DNA of 42,968 nt from a virus: positions 1-42,968 of IMG/VR virus record IMGVR_UViG_3300047163_000028; one strand, 5' to 3'. A model generated the notes under the pieces. It saw only the letters and a list, made by a program, of their open reading frames with translations, did not search any database and was not told the origin of the DNA. Made by a program: the position numbers and the translations under genes. Positions 26,465-34,208 of the stretch are shown piece after piece. The stretch's first letter is position 1; every line of letters begins with the position of its first letter.

Positions 26465-26788
26465 TCACAGCGACCTATCCGTGTAGTCGCCTAATGAATC
26501 CCAACGTAGCTCATGCTCGCTTCTATTGCTTACTGGATGGTCTATTGGCAAATAGCTTATATCCTCAGTTACTTGAGGGTGAGGGTCTAGTCCCATGTCA
26601 TATCGGAGGAACGGGTCATCTTCATGGGTTGGCACCACTTCAACATCATCTTCAAAAGGAATGCCGGATGGTTCAAATAACATCCCAGTTGGGGAATGTT
26701 CGAAAAACAACTGAACTACAGCTTTAGCAGCATCATAATGCCGTTTCATATGCTTATTTATATTAGGTCTGATGTTTGATTTTTCCAT
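26465..26788 (-). CDS. Hypothetical acidic protein
   Basis: 107-aa ORF co-oriented with its neighbours. Preferred over the antisense ORF 26446..26727. Confidence 0.55.
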   Translation of the reverse strand: MEKSNIRPNINKHMKRHYDAAKAVVQLFFEHSPTGMLFEPSGIPFEDDVEVVPTHEDDPFLRYDMGLDPHPQVTEDISYLPIDHPVSNRSEHELRWDSLGDYTDRSL

Positions 26789-26822
26789 GGTGTTTCTTTT
26801 TATATTGGATTACCTAACTAAA

Positions 26823-27152
26823 CTATACGCTCAGAAATCCTAAAATACCAATGCTTTCACAAGCCCGTAAGACATCTAAGCGATCGTCAATGATCATGTC
26901 CAGTTCCAACTTAAATGCCACTTGCTTCTTCAGCCCAGGTACCTGATGCCATTCTGTGTACGGCACCACATGTATCTCACTATAAGGCACATGGCTCTTT
27001 CTAATATCCTTTAAGACCTGCTTCCTATTATGCTCAGCAATCGCTGTGATGATATAAACAGAACCTTCCGCAGCCAGTACAGTTTCAGCCAATAACTTAT
27101 AAACCTTAGGGTCTTTAGTAATAGTTCCATAGAAATCTATGCCAATTTTCAT
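26823..27152 (-). CDS. Small HAD-fold-like protein with a degenerate motif I
   Basis: N-terminal KIGIDFYGTIT resembles the HAD DxDGT motif, but the second Asp is replaced by Tyr. This is weak evidence. Confidence 0.5.
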   Translation of the reverse strand: MKIGIDFYGTITKDPKVYKLLAETVLAAEGSVYIITAIAEHNRKQVLKDIRKSHVPYSEIHVVPYTEWHQVPGLKKQVAFKLELDMIIDDRLDVLRACESIGILGFLSV

Positions 27153-27421
27153 TTCTTGTGATACTTATTATGAGCATGTTGGATATGCTCAGGTAGAACT
27201 TTTGATGGTATTGCTGGGTGATGTTTCTTGCAAACAATCAAAGTACCGTTACCTACCTTATGTAAGCCAATCCTATAGCAACCAGTCTGATGACAGTTAA
27301 GCTTCTTATATAGTGTGGCAAATATACCTAGGTATATCAAACACCCTACCCAACCAGACCAAGACAAATACCAATAGCCTGATGGGTTATTTAAACCAAG
27401 GATTGTAAATAATAAATGCAT
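27149..27421 (-). CDS. Membrane protein with a Cys/His-rich C-terminal region
   Basis: ORF track 27149..27427 starts at TTG. The ATG at 27421 (MHLLFTILG) lies 6 nt downstream of TGCTAAAAT. Two hydrophobic segments are followed by CHQTGC...CKKHH. Confidence 0.55.
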   Translation of the reverse strand: MHLLFTILGLNNPSGYWYLSWSGWVGCLIYLGIFATLYKKLNCHQTGCYRIGLHKVGNGTLIVCKKHHPAIPSKVLPEHIQHAHNKYHKK

Positions 27422-27427
27422 AACCAA

Positions 27428-27436
27428 ATTTTAGCA
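27428..27436 (-). promoter_or_regulatory. Extended -10-like box TGCTAAAAT, 6 nt upstream of the ATG at 27421 (leaderless-type arrangement)
   Basis: The reverse strand reads ctaTGCTAAAATttggttATG. There is no Shine-Dalgarno sequence. Confidence 0.35.
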
Positions 27437-27460
27437 TAGAAATTTTTGGGACAAATTTTT

Positions 27461-27489
27461 TTATGGGGGGTAAAAATAATTATGGGGGG
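27461..27489. repeat. Direct repeat TTATGGGGGG x2 (27461..27470 and 27480..27489)
   Basis: Read directly from ttatggggggtaaaaataattatgggggg, inside a non-coding island. Confidence 0.8.
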
Positions 27490-27718
27490 CGTACGTGTAG
27501 GGGAGTACAGTAAGCTCTCACTACGTTCGCTTGGGCTGCGTTGTGAACTTCACAGTGCCCTTGTGTCCACCCACCCATCGCAATATGCACGATTACATCA
27601 ATGATCATTACTTTTTGCTAGGCATAAAAAGTTATCCACAATTAATAATGAGTTATGACTAATGAAATATAGGTGCTTGTATAGGTAGTACGTCGCAAAA
27701 TATAGATTGTACGACTCT

Positions 27719-27727
27719 ATTATAACA
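27719..27727 (-). promoter_or_regulatory. Extended -10 box TGTTATAAT inside the non-coding island
   Basis: The reverse strand reads gatatGTTATAATagag, with an inverted TAGCGTAACA copy in the -35 region. Confidence 0.35.
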
Positions 27728-27743
27728 TATCTCTCTCTGTACG

Positions 27744-27824
27744 TGTTACGCTAGTGTCAAGCTTCAAGGTGTTATACCCACAATAAGGCATTTAGCGTAA
27801 CATTTATATGGTAGTTAGCGTAAC
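27744..27824. promoter_or_regulatory. Second cluster of TTAGCGTAAC motif copies
   Basis: Exact TTAGCGTAACA at 27792..27802 and 27815..27825, and an inverted TAGCGTAACA at 27744..27753. Confidence 0.5.
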
Positions 27825-27832
27825 AAAACGGT

Positions 27833-28213
27833 CTAACTTAGCACTGCTTCTATGTTTAAATTCAAGTGTTTTGACTCGCTACGCTGTAGTGCTTTACCTC
27901 TAACATGATCAATAACAAAGTGGGCGTTCTTAGTGGCGATTCGTTCGTCTGAGCTCTGTACCAGCTCTTTAACTCGCTCTACACTCTCAACACCAATCCG
28001 TTGCAATTGATGGTCTATATACTCCCCAGCATCTAGCTCCTTGCTTTTATTTGCAATTAACCAAGCTCTCCTACTACTATCTATTTCATCTGGTTCTGTT
28101 TCCCTAACTGCAGCTGTGCCGTTACCGTGAGCAATTACAGCAGCATTAAATCTTGCCACTGTTGCAGGCGTAACTCTCCTATATACTCTTTTCTTTTTAT
28201 TTGGTGTATTCAT
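27833..28213 (-). CDS. HTH DNA-binding protein (terminase small subunit-like/regulator-like), first gene of the reverse arm
   Basis: 126 aa. IAHGNGTAAVRETEPD...RRAWLIANKSKELDAGEYIDHQL resembles the HTH region of Terminase_2-type small terminases, from memory. It is divergent from early promoter 28364. Confidence 0.5.
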   Translation of the reverse strand: MNTPNKKKRVYRRVTPATVARFNAAVIAHGNGTAAVRETEPDEIDSSRRAWLIANKSKELDAGEYIDHQLQRIGVESVERVKELVQSSDERIATKNAHFVIDHVRGKALQRSESKHLNLNIEAVLS

Positions 28214-28219
28214 AAGCTA

Positions 28220-28228
28220 ATTATAGCA
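28220..28228 (-). promoter_or_regulatory. Extended -10 box TGCTATAAT, 6 nt upstream of the ATG at 28213 (leaderless-type arrangement)
   Basis: The reverse strand reads cacggTGCTATAATtagcttATG. There is no Shine-Dalgarno sequence. Confidence 0.45.
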
Positions 28229-28363
28229 CCGTGAGCAATAAGCAATAAGCGTTATATACTTTTAATTAAGTTGTTAAGGTGTAATTACCTTGTTTCCTAT
28301 CTATAATTATACACCTATAACAGAGGTGAAGCAAGTAAATAATAAAGATTATTATAAATATGC

Positions 28364-28392
28364 TTGACAATAGCCTATGAGTGGAGTAGTAT
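28364..28392 (+). promoter_or_regulatory. Early promoter copy D (TTGACA-17-TAGTAT) with a conserved CTATGAG spacer
   Basis: gcTTGACAatagcCTATGAGtggagTAGTATagt. It shares the TTGACA..CTATGAG core with 33460, 36993 and 41196. Confidence 0.55.
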
Positions 28393-28649
28393 AGTAATAG
28401 ATCAATTGTAAGGCACAAGCGATCAGCAAGAAGTTTAACAATCCGGTTAGTCAGTAACAGTAATATTCGAGCGGTAACGAATAAAAACATCACCGAGAGC
28501 GACCACTACCCGGATAAACTTCATTAACAACTTATCAATCTGCTATAGCTGTTAAGCGCAATATTATGACACTTGGTTTGAAGCCAAGAGCAACAGCTAG
28601 CCACTGACAGTTATAATGGATTGATAAGTAAAAACAAAAAGGATTTAAA

Positions 28650-28718
28650 ATGTATATTAAAAGTTTATTAACTGTAGTCGGATTATGGTTATTCATGATC
28701 TTACTACTATCAATATAA
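28650..28718 (+). CDS. 22-aa hydrophobic peptide (speculative)
   Basis: Hand-translated as MYIKSLLTVVGLWLFMILLLSI, with AAAGGA upstream. Confidence 0.25.
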   Translation: MYIKSLLTVVGLWLFMILLLSI

Positions 28719-28740
28719 ATTAAGCTGAGGAGCTAACGCA

Positions 28741-29037
28741 ATGAAAGAAAGAGATTACAAAAGAGATTATGAGAATACAACTATCGTATTCAGTAAACCG
28801 CTATATTATGGTGGACGAAATTTTATAAAATATAACGCTTTAACTAAGAAATATCATACTGGGAATACGGCTAGTACCGCTTACAACACTAACGACGGCT
28901 TATATATTCATAACGTAACTACTAAGCAAATTAAAGATATTGCTAGGCAATTGAACAATCGTGGTTACTCAGAATTTAAAGAACAATGGAACACTAAAGT
29001 TGATACTTACGAACAGATCAAGCGAGCAGGTTTATAA
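28741..29037 (+). CDS. Hypothetical early protein
   Basis: 98-aa ORF with GAGGAG upstream, in an AT-rich region. Confidence 0.65.
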   Translation: MKERDYKRDYENTTIVFSKPLYYGGRNFIKYNALTKKYHTGNTASTAYNTNDGLYIHNVTTKQIKDIARQLNNRGYSEFKEQWNTKVDTYEQIKRAGL

Positions 29038-29174
29038 TGCTTATAACTTACGATCACATAGGCTTTGTTATAAGTGACATTATTAATAATCAATATATCA
29101 AACGCCGATATTGTAACTTTACCCGTAAAGAAGCAATAAAAGATTTTAGACAATATGTAAAGGAGTTAGCATAA
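29037..29174 (+). CDS. 45-aa hypothetical early protein
   Basis: Hand-translated as MLITYDHIGFVISDIINNQYIKRRYCNFTRKEAIKDFRQYVKELA, with TAATG coupling at both ends. Confidence 0.45.
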   Translation: MLITYDHIGFVISDIINNQYIKRRYCNFTRKEAIKDFRQYVKELA

Positions 29175-29353
29175 TGTATAACTTAGTAGACCCCGAAACA
29201 ATGCAAAACTTAGATCAATCTTATGAATTAGTCGATCTATTCAAAAAACTAGATAGCTATACAGCTAAAAATCGTAAAGTAGTAATAATAAAAGATGGAG
29301 AGGTTAAGGCTGGAAATTTAATAGCCTTTGAATACGCAGGTAAACAATTATGA
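29174..29353 (+). CDS. 59-aa hypothetical early protein
   Basis: Hand-translated as MYNLVDPETMQNLDQSYELVDLFKKLDSYTAKNRKVVIIKDGEVKAGNLIAFEYAGKQL. It has a TAATG start and an ATGA overlap with the next gene. Confidence 0.5.
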   Translation: MYNLVDPETMQNLDQSYELVDLFKKLDSYTAKNRKVVIIKDGEVKAGNLIAFEYAGKQL

Positions 29354-29817
29354 CAACTAAACAATCAATCCGTAAAGTATTAACAAACACTAACAAATTT
29401 ATAATTGGTGATTATCACGGTCAAAAATGGTATTGCCCAGATGGATATATAGCCACTAGTGATAACATTTACGATCAATATAAACCTAAGAAGTCACAAC
29501 TTAATAACTTTCAAGAATTTATACATGTAAATAATCAACCTAAAATGGAAACAATTATAAATAATCAAAACAGTAAATATATACCAGTAGAACAGCTTAA
29601 TAAAAGTTATACTGAGGGAACATTATACCTGCAAGCTGGAGACCATAAAGTTTTAGTTAATAAGGTTTATTATGAGCTTATGGAAACACTATATCCAACA
29701 GGAATATTCTATATTGATAGTTATTACAGTTATAGTGCGGTACGAATAGTCGTAAAGAATTATACAGCCGGTGATCTATATAAAATTGTTGGCTTAATAA
29801 TGCCATTAAAAGATTAA
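29350..29817 (+). CDS. Hypothetical early protein
   Basis: 155-aa ORF, translationally coupled. No motif recognised. Confidence 0.65.
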   Translation: MTTKQSIRKVLTNTNKFIIGDYHGQKWYCPDGYIATSDNIYDQYKPKKSQLNNFQEFIHVNNQPKMETIINNQNSKYIPVEQLNKSYTEGTLYLQAGDHKVLVNKVYYELMETLYPTGIFYIDSYYSYSAVRIVVKNYTAGDLYKIVGLIMPLKD

Positions 29818-29840
29818 TTAAAGAACAGGAGTAAATAATC

Positions 29841-29963
29841 ATGACTATTTATCTAATAATAACAACCATCAAAGCTAATCACAAAGCTAATAAATGGCTA
29901 AAATCAAGGTTAAACCATTTAGAGAATAAGCAACTAATAAATAGGCTAGAACAATCAAAGTGA
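29841..29963 (+). CDS. 40-aa hypothetical peptide
   Basis: Hand-translated as MTIYLIITTIKANHKANKWLKSRLNHLENKQLINRLEQSK, with AGGAG 8 nt upstream. Confidence 0.4.
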   Translation: MTIYLIITTIKANHKANKWLKSRLNHLENKQLINRLEQSK

Positions 29964-30091
29964 GATCTTTACTAGTCATAGCAATAATAGTTTTTATAAC
30001 TGCTGCAGGCTCGATAATATACTTTGACTATGCATTAAACCATCAAGGAATGAATAAACCAAGCCAACAATATAGACCGTTTGGAGAATAA
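29960..30091 (+). CDS. 43-aa TM peptide with a GTG start (speculative)
   Basis: GTGA overlap with the previous ORF. Contains LLVIAIIVFITAAGSIIYF. Confidence 0.3.
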   Translation: MRSLLVIAIIVFITAAGSIIYFDYALNHQGMNKPSQQYRPFGE

Positions 30092-30144
30092 AATTATTAA
30101 TGAACTTGATAAGCTAATTATAGCAAATAACAGAGGTAAAAACA

Positions 30145-31383
30145 ATGAAATATGAGCTTAGAGACTATCAGCAACAGGCTAGCAATAGTGCTATATGGTA
30201 CTTCAAGAAATATAAGAAGCCCTTTGTTATACAGGCTGCAACTGGAGCAGGTAAAAGCCTAATCATTGCAGATATATGTCATAAGCTAGACTTGCCGGTA
30301 TTGATCTTGCAACCAAGTAAGGAAATACTTGAGCAAAACTATGCTAAATTGTTAAGTTACGGCATTACAGACATCGGAATTTATAGTGCAAGTAAGGGAC
30401 AAAAGGACATTGCAAAATATACTTTTGCTACTATAGGCAGTATATACAAAAAACCCCTGTTATTCAAGCATTTTAAGTACGTTATAATTGACGAATGTCA
30501 CCAAGTAAACCCTAAGAATTTTGAGGGCATGTATAAGACATTTTTAGACGCTATCAACTGCAAGAATGTCTGTGGGCTTACAGCAACGCCTTACCGCATA
30601 CAATCCAAGTATGTAACTGAAGCAGGGCAAGTATATTACACGGCAGTATTAAAAATGGTCAACAGAATACACCCGTTTTTCTTTAAGAAGATCATTTACC
30701 AGATCGAAACTCAACAACTAATCGATCAAGGTTATCTATCACCAATTGAGTATTACACCGAGCAAGAAGATTTATCAGGGCTGAAAGTAAATAGTACAGG
30801 GGCAGATTTTACTAGTGAGAGTTTAGAAAAGTTTTGGAATAATGATCGACTTAGAAGAATAGCGCAAGCAGTCCAATTTTCTGATACTCACCATGAACGA
30901 AGTCTAGTGTTCTGTAGTTCAATATTGCAAGCTAAGAACGCACAGGCTTTGTGTGATGGTCTTAAAGTTCAAACTGCAGTAGTTACTGGCAAAACGCCTA
31001 AAAACGAGCGAGAGACTATCATACGTGAGTTTAAAGACGGTAAAATCAAGCATATATTGAACGTTGGAGTATTCACTACTGGGTTCGACATGCCGAATCT
31101 TGATTCTATTATCCTAGCAAGACCAACCATGAGCCTTGCCTTGTATTACCAAATGGTTGGGCGTGGTGTTAGGTTAGATCCAAGTAAGCCTAACAAGGTT
31201 TTAAAAGTCTATGATCTAGCAGGTGTTGTAGAACGCCTTGGTAGGGTTGAAACAATAAAGGTCGTTAAGGAGGACGATGGCTTTAAGGATAAAGTAATTT
31301 CAGAAGTGGGCACAATGAGTGAAGTTGCCCTATTTAGATTTTTGGTCAAGAAAGATATTTTTAAACGAAAGGAAGAACCATGA
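30145..31383 (+). CDS. SF2 DEAD/DEAH-box helicase (ResIII plus Helicase_C type)
   Basis: Motif I AATGAGKS, motif II DECH, motif III TATP, motif VI QMVGRGVR. Confidence 0.85.
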   Translation: MKYELRDYQQQASNSAIWYFKKYKKPFVIQAATGAGKSLIIADICHKLDLPVLILQPSKEILEQNYAKLLSYGITDIGIYSASKGQKDIAKYTFATIGSIYKKPLLFKHFKYVIIDECHQVNPKNFEGMYKTFLDAINCKNVCGLTATPYRIQSKYVTEAGQVYYTAVLKMVNRIHPFFFKKIIYQIETQQLIDQGYLSPIEYYTEQEDLSGLKVNSTGADFTSESLEKFWNNDRLRRIAQAVQFSDTHHERSLVFCSSILQAKNAQALCDGLKVQTAVVTGKTPKNERETIIREFKDGKIKHILNVGVFTTGFDMPNLDSIILARPTMSLALYYQMVGRGVRLDPSKPNKVLKVYDLAGVVERLGRVETIKVVKEDDGFKDKVISEVGTMSEVALFRFLVKKDIFKRKEEP

Positions 31384-31655
31384 CACAAGAACAACAAATT
31401 TTACAGCTATTAAGAATGGCTGGCGATCGTGGTGTAAGTAATTTTGAGTTGATGAAAATAGCGTTTCAATATCCAGCTAGGATTCATTCCCTGCGCCATA
31501 AACATGGACAGAACATAATATCGAAACATGTAAAAGATAAGGAATGGCGAATAATATTGATACAGCCAACTGTACCTCTAAATAAATCAACCCCCGGCAA
31601 AGCAATTTCATGGTTACATGATGATGAACCTAGCGTTCAGCAACCGTTATTCTAA
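31380..31655 (+). CDS. Winged-helix DNA-binding protein (HTH_39-like)
   Basis: ILQLLRMAGDRGVSNFELMKIAFQYPARIHSLRHKHGQNI matches the wHTH pattern I recall. It has an ATGA overlap with the helicase gene. Confidence 0.55.
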   Translation: MTQEQQILQLLRMAGDRGVSNFELMKIAFQYPARIHSLRHKHGQNIISKHVKDKEWRIILIQPTVPLNKSTPGKAISWLHDDEPSVQQPLF

Positions 31656-31662
31656 AAGAGAA

Positions 31663-31682
31663 GAACCACATTTCTGTGGTTC
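31663..31682 (+). terminator. Stem-loop after 31655 (GAACCACA tttc TGTGGTTC), weak terminator candidate
   Basis: 8-bp perfect stem, but no U-tract follows. Confidence 0.3.
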
Positions 31683-31685
31683 AAT

Positions 31686-31765
31686 TGATAGCGTTCTCTT
31701 GCTTTTTCAAGCTTGACTAAATTGTAGCACTATGATTTACTCAAGTCAACGTATGATAGCGTTCT
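31686..31765. repeat. Direct repeat TGATAGCGTTCT x2 (31686..31697 and 31754..31765), related TAGCGTTC at 31631
   Basis: Read directly. Located in the 352-bp non-coding gap upstream of the replication genes. Confidence 0.7.
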
Positions 31766-32007
31766 TGCAGGATAACTCCTAAGAACTGAGAAGCAAGTAA
31801 AAAATTAGACAGAACTTAGGCGACCTTTTCCAACCGACAAGCATTACGAAGCAAACAGCCTTTGAGCTAGACAAGAATCTAGCTGGACTGGAACACGGAC
31901 TAATCACATGCTTAGAGGGCAGGAACTAGGGGAGAAAACATCGAGCAAACGACTGCGGTATTAGTATTACCACACTTGTCAATAGCAAATCTAAGGAGGG
32001 TATCCAG

Positions 32008-32268
32008 ATGGAAAAAGATTTATTAAAAAACTTAATACAAATAATTAATCCAAAAGAAAAACCTACTGCTGACAGAGTAAAAATGGTACACGCTAGGCTA
32101 GTTGACTACACGCCAGATGAATTAATTGCTAGTGCTAAAGAATTAGCAAAATCTGAATGGCATCGAGATAATGGGGAGATGAGTATAGATAATTTAATCA
32201 GGCCGTCAAAAATTGGTAGATGGTTTGCACAGTCAATTGCTCCTGAACAAAAAAAGGTGATTTTCTAA
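32008..32268 (+). CDS. Replication-associated protein with a phage conserved C-terminal domain (DnaD/Phg_2220_C-like)
   Basis: VKMVHARLVDYTPDELIASAKELAKSEWHRDNGEMSIDNLIRPSKIGRWF fits the pattern. Strong RBS AAGGAGGG. Confidence 0.55.
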   Translation: MEKDLLKNLIQIINPKEKPTADRVKMVHARLVDYTPDELIASAKELAKSEWHRDNGEMSIDNLIRPSKIGRWFAQSIAPEQKKVIF

Positions 32269-32501
32269 TGACACACGATTTACGCTGGCGAGAACGCAAG
32301 TGGCAACTATGGGACGAGTCACGCATTGATTACATAAAACATTTGTACTCAACAATAAAAGATTACAAGCAAAGTATAATTACCTGGAATAAATTAGGGT
32401 TGGAGAACCCACAATTAACAGGCATACCCGATTTAATAGCTGCTGAACGCAAACAGCTAAATGAGTTTCAAATAGAACTTAGGAGGGTAGTGGGGAAATG
32501 A
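32268..32501 (+). CDS. Hypothetical protein
   Basis: 77-aa ORF with a TAATG start and a 4-nt overlap with the DnaB-like gene. Confidence 0.6.
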   Translation: MTHDLRWRERKWQLWDESRIDYIKHLYSTIKDYKQSIITWNKLGLENPQLTGIPDLIAAERKQLNEFQIELRRVVGK

Positions 32502-33451
32502 GCCAAAAAAAATCATGGTTACTAAAACAAATCGCTCAACTACCAGACGATGAACGGGCTGAGTTAGAAGAACAACTGCTAATTTCAATTGATGAGTCCC
32601 CGGAATCTGAAGTTGAACAAACTGAATTAATTTTGCTATCAGAGTTCACTGAAGAAGCCAAATTACAATATGGACAGTTCGGCAAGATGCAAGGTATGTC
32701 TACGGGCTATTCTAAGCTCGATAGAATGCTTTTAGGCATCGTAGCTGGGGAACTAGTCATTATTGCAGGTAAAACCAGCCGTGGGAAGACTACGTTGGCT
32801 CTGAACATAGCTAACAATGTGGCATTAGACGGCAAGTCGGTTTTATTTGTGACTTTGGAAATGACTCACGCTGAAATTGCTAGTCGTTACATGTATGTTA
32901 ATGGCGGCGATACAGAAGATTATGCGAAAGTATCAGCTAGTACAGTTGTACAAGCTAGAGATGAACTGAATTGGCAATCTATTGATAGGCTAATGGAAAA
33001 AGCTAAAACTGAAATGGATGTAGATTTGGTGATCATTGATCATTTGCATTATTTTACTCGTGAGTTAGATCATGTGGCAGAAGATATTGGGCGTATTACT
33101 AAGGAGTTCAAAAAGAATGCTATTAGGCATAAAGTTCCTGTGATGCTTATTAGTCATGTTAGAAAAACTGGCAATAAAATCGAGTCGAGCATGGAAGATC
33201 TTAGGGGCTCAAGTTATATAGCTCAAGACGCTGACATTGTTTTGATGGTGGGTCGGGCAGATAATGACACAAACCATCTCCACGTGAAAATTGAGAAGAA
33301 CAGAAATCGTGGCTACAACTCAGACAATGACACAGCTATTTTGTGGGTAGATAAAATTAAGATTTACAACTCAGAAGGTGACGCAGTATTCAAAAAGGAC
33401 ACTACCAGTGAAAAGGAGCAACCGATTTCACCTATAGTGCCACTATTTTAA
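32498..33451 (+). CDS. DnaB-like replicative helicase (C-terminal RecA-like ATPase domain only)
   Basis: STGYSKLDRMLLGIVAGELVIIAGKTSRGKTTLALNIA (Walker A) and VIIDHLHY (Walker B), with the typical DnaB_C order. Confidence 0.8.
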   Translation: MSQKKSWLLKQIAQLPDDERAELEEQLLISIDESPESEVEQTELILLSEFTEEAKLQYGQFGKMQGMSTGYSKLDRMLLGIVAGELVIIAGKTSRGKTTLALNIANNVALDGKSVLFVTLEMTHAEIASRYMYVNGGDTEDYAKVSASTVVQARDELNWQSIDRLMEKAKTEMDVDLVIIDHLHYFTRELDHVAEDIGRITKEFKKNAIRHKVPVMLISHVRKTGNKIESSMEDLRGSSYIAQDADIVLMVGRADNDTNHLHVKIEKNRNRGYNSDNDTAILWVDKIKIYNSEGDAVFKKDTTSEKEQPISPIVPLF

Positions 33452-33459
33452 TTATACTC

Positions 33460-33488
33460 TTGACTTAAGGCTATGAGTATGTTAGATT
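33460..33488 (+). promoter_or_regulatory. Early promoter copy C (TTGACT-17-TAGATT) with a conserved CTATGAG spacer
   Basis: tcTTGACTtaaggCTATGAGtatgtTAGATT, followed by aaggggcaacaactattATG. Confidence 0.5.
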
Positions 33489-33516
33489 TAAATTAATAGA
33501 AGGGGCAACAACTATT

Positions 33517-33675
33517 ATGGCAAGAGAAAAACACACAATGCGAGTCAGGATGCGACAGATCATTGTTGGTACGATAAGCAAAGAAGACCGAGTCTTAGGG
33601 CTAGGTGAAGATAACCGAGTTTATTACTACACTTCAGAAGGTTGGAAATTACTAAAGTTGGTAAAGCCATTATGA
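33517..33675 (+). CDS. 52-aa hypothetical protein
   Basis: Hand-translated as MAREKHTMRVRMRQIIVGTISKEDRVLGLGEDNRVYYYTSEGWKLLKLVKPL. First ORF after promoter C. Confidence 0.45.
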   Translation: MAREKHTMRVRMRQIIVGTISKEDRVLGLGEDNRVYYYTSEGWKLLKLVKPL

Positions 33676-33761
33676 AAATAGAACCTGAACCATATAAAGG
33701 TAGAAATTGGTCAAGCACCGATGACATGTGGGATCAACCCACTAATGAGGATAAGGCTTAA
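33672..33761 (+). CDS. 29-aa peptide (speculative)
   Basis: ATGA overlap with the previous ORF. MKIEPEPYKGRNWSSTDDMWDQPTNEDKA. Confidence 0.3.
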   Translation: MKIEPEPYKGRNWSSTDDMWDQPTNEDKA

Positions 33762-33765
33762 TACT

Positions 33766-33987
33766 ATGAGTAAAGTTGTACGAAGTATCCCAATCTTGGG
33801 AAGAACCAAAGCGGTCAGTGACCAACTCAATAAACAGATAAAGATTCTGGGTGTTGCGGTTAAAGAAATTGATGGTGAAATAGTCCCTCAATGGGTATTA
33901 GCTAGATATAGGTCAGACTATCAGTCCAATAAGAATATTAAGTTTGGCACTACTGCCATAACTAAAACTAAGAAAGTGGTGTGGTAA
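33766..33987 (+). CDS. Hypothetical protein
   Basis: ORF track 33721..33987. The ATG at 33766 (MSKVVRSIPILG) is preferred because upstream ORFs occupy 33672..33761. Confidence 0.55.
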   Translation: MSKVVRSIPILGRTKAVSDQLNKQIKILGVAVKEIDGEIVPQWVLARYRSDYQSNKNIKFGTTAITKTKKVVW

Positions 33988-34208
33988 TGGATATAAAACA
34001 AGAGTTTAAAGCGTTAATCCTCTCACTTAATCCGCAGGGTAGTTATAAGTACGTTTCTCAAGAAGAAGCCGAACAACTTAGTAATACCTTACTAGCCTTG
34101 CACCAGAGAGCGTTGGTAGAAGAATTAGAACTGATACCATATGAACCTCTATCTGTAACATCAGATTATATCCAAGAAAAACTAGCTGAATTGAGGAAAA
34201 CATTATGA
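33987..34208 (+). CDS. Hypothetical protein
   Basis: ORF track 33981..34208 starts at GTG. The ATG at 33987 forms a TAATG overlap with the previous gene. Confidence 0.6.
   Translation: MDIKQEFKALILSLNPQGSYKYVSQEEAEQLSNTLLALHQRALVEELELIPYEPLSVTSDYIQEKLAELRKTL

Noticed and set aside
26446-26727. Forward 93-aa ORF
   Set aside because: It competes with the reverse ORF 26465..26788, which is co-oriented and tightly packed with its neighbours. The forward product is His/Leu/Gly-rich with no start context.
27480-27600. G+C-rich patch considered as a tRNA or other small RNA gene
   Set aside because: I could not draw a cloverleaf on either strand: there is no GTTCRA T-loop or matching acceptor stem. 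It is kept only as an unexplained structured or non-coding island.
27833-28400. Divergent HTH gene and early promoter read as a temperate (cI/cro-like) immunity region
   Set aside because: No integrase, excisionase, attachment site or partition system is recognisable anywhere in the genome. The HTH protein looks at least as much like a small-terminase-type HTH, so a temperate lifestyle is not supported.
28266-28493. Reverse 75-aa ORF in the divergent control region
   Set aside because: It is an extremely Leu/Ile-rich low-complexity product, it overlaps early promoter D and its leader, and it has no RBS.
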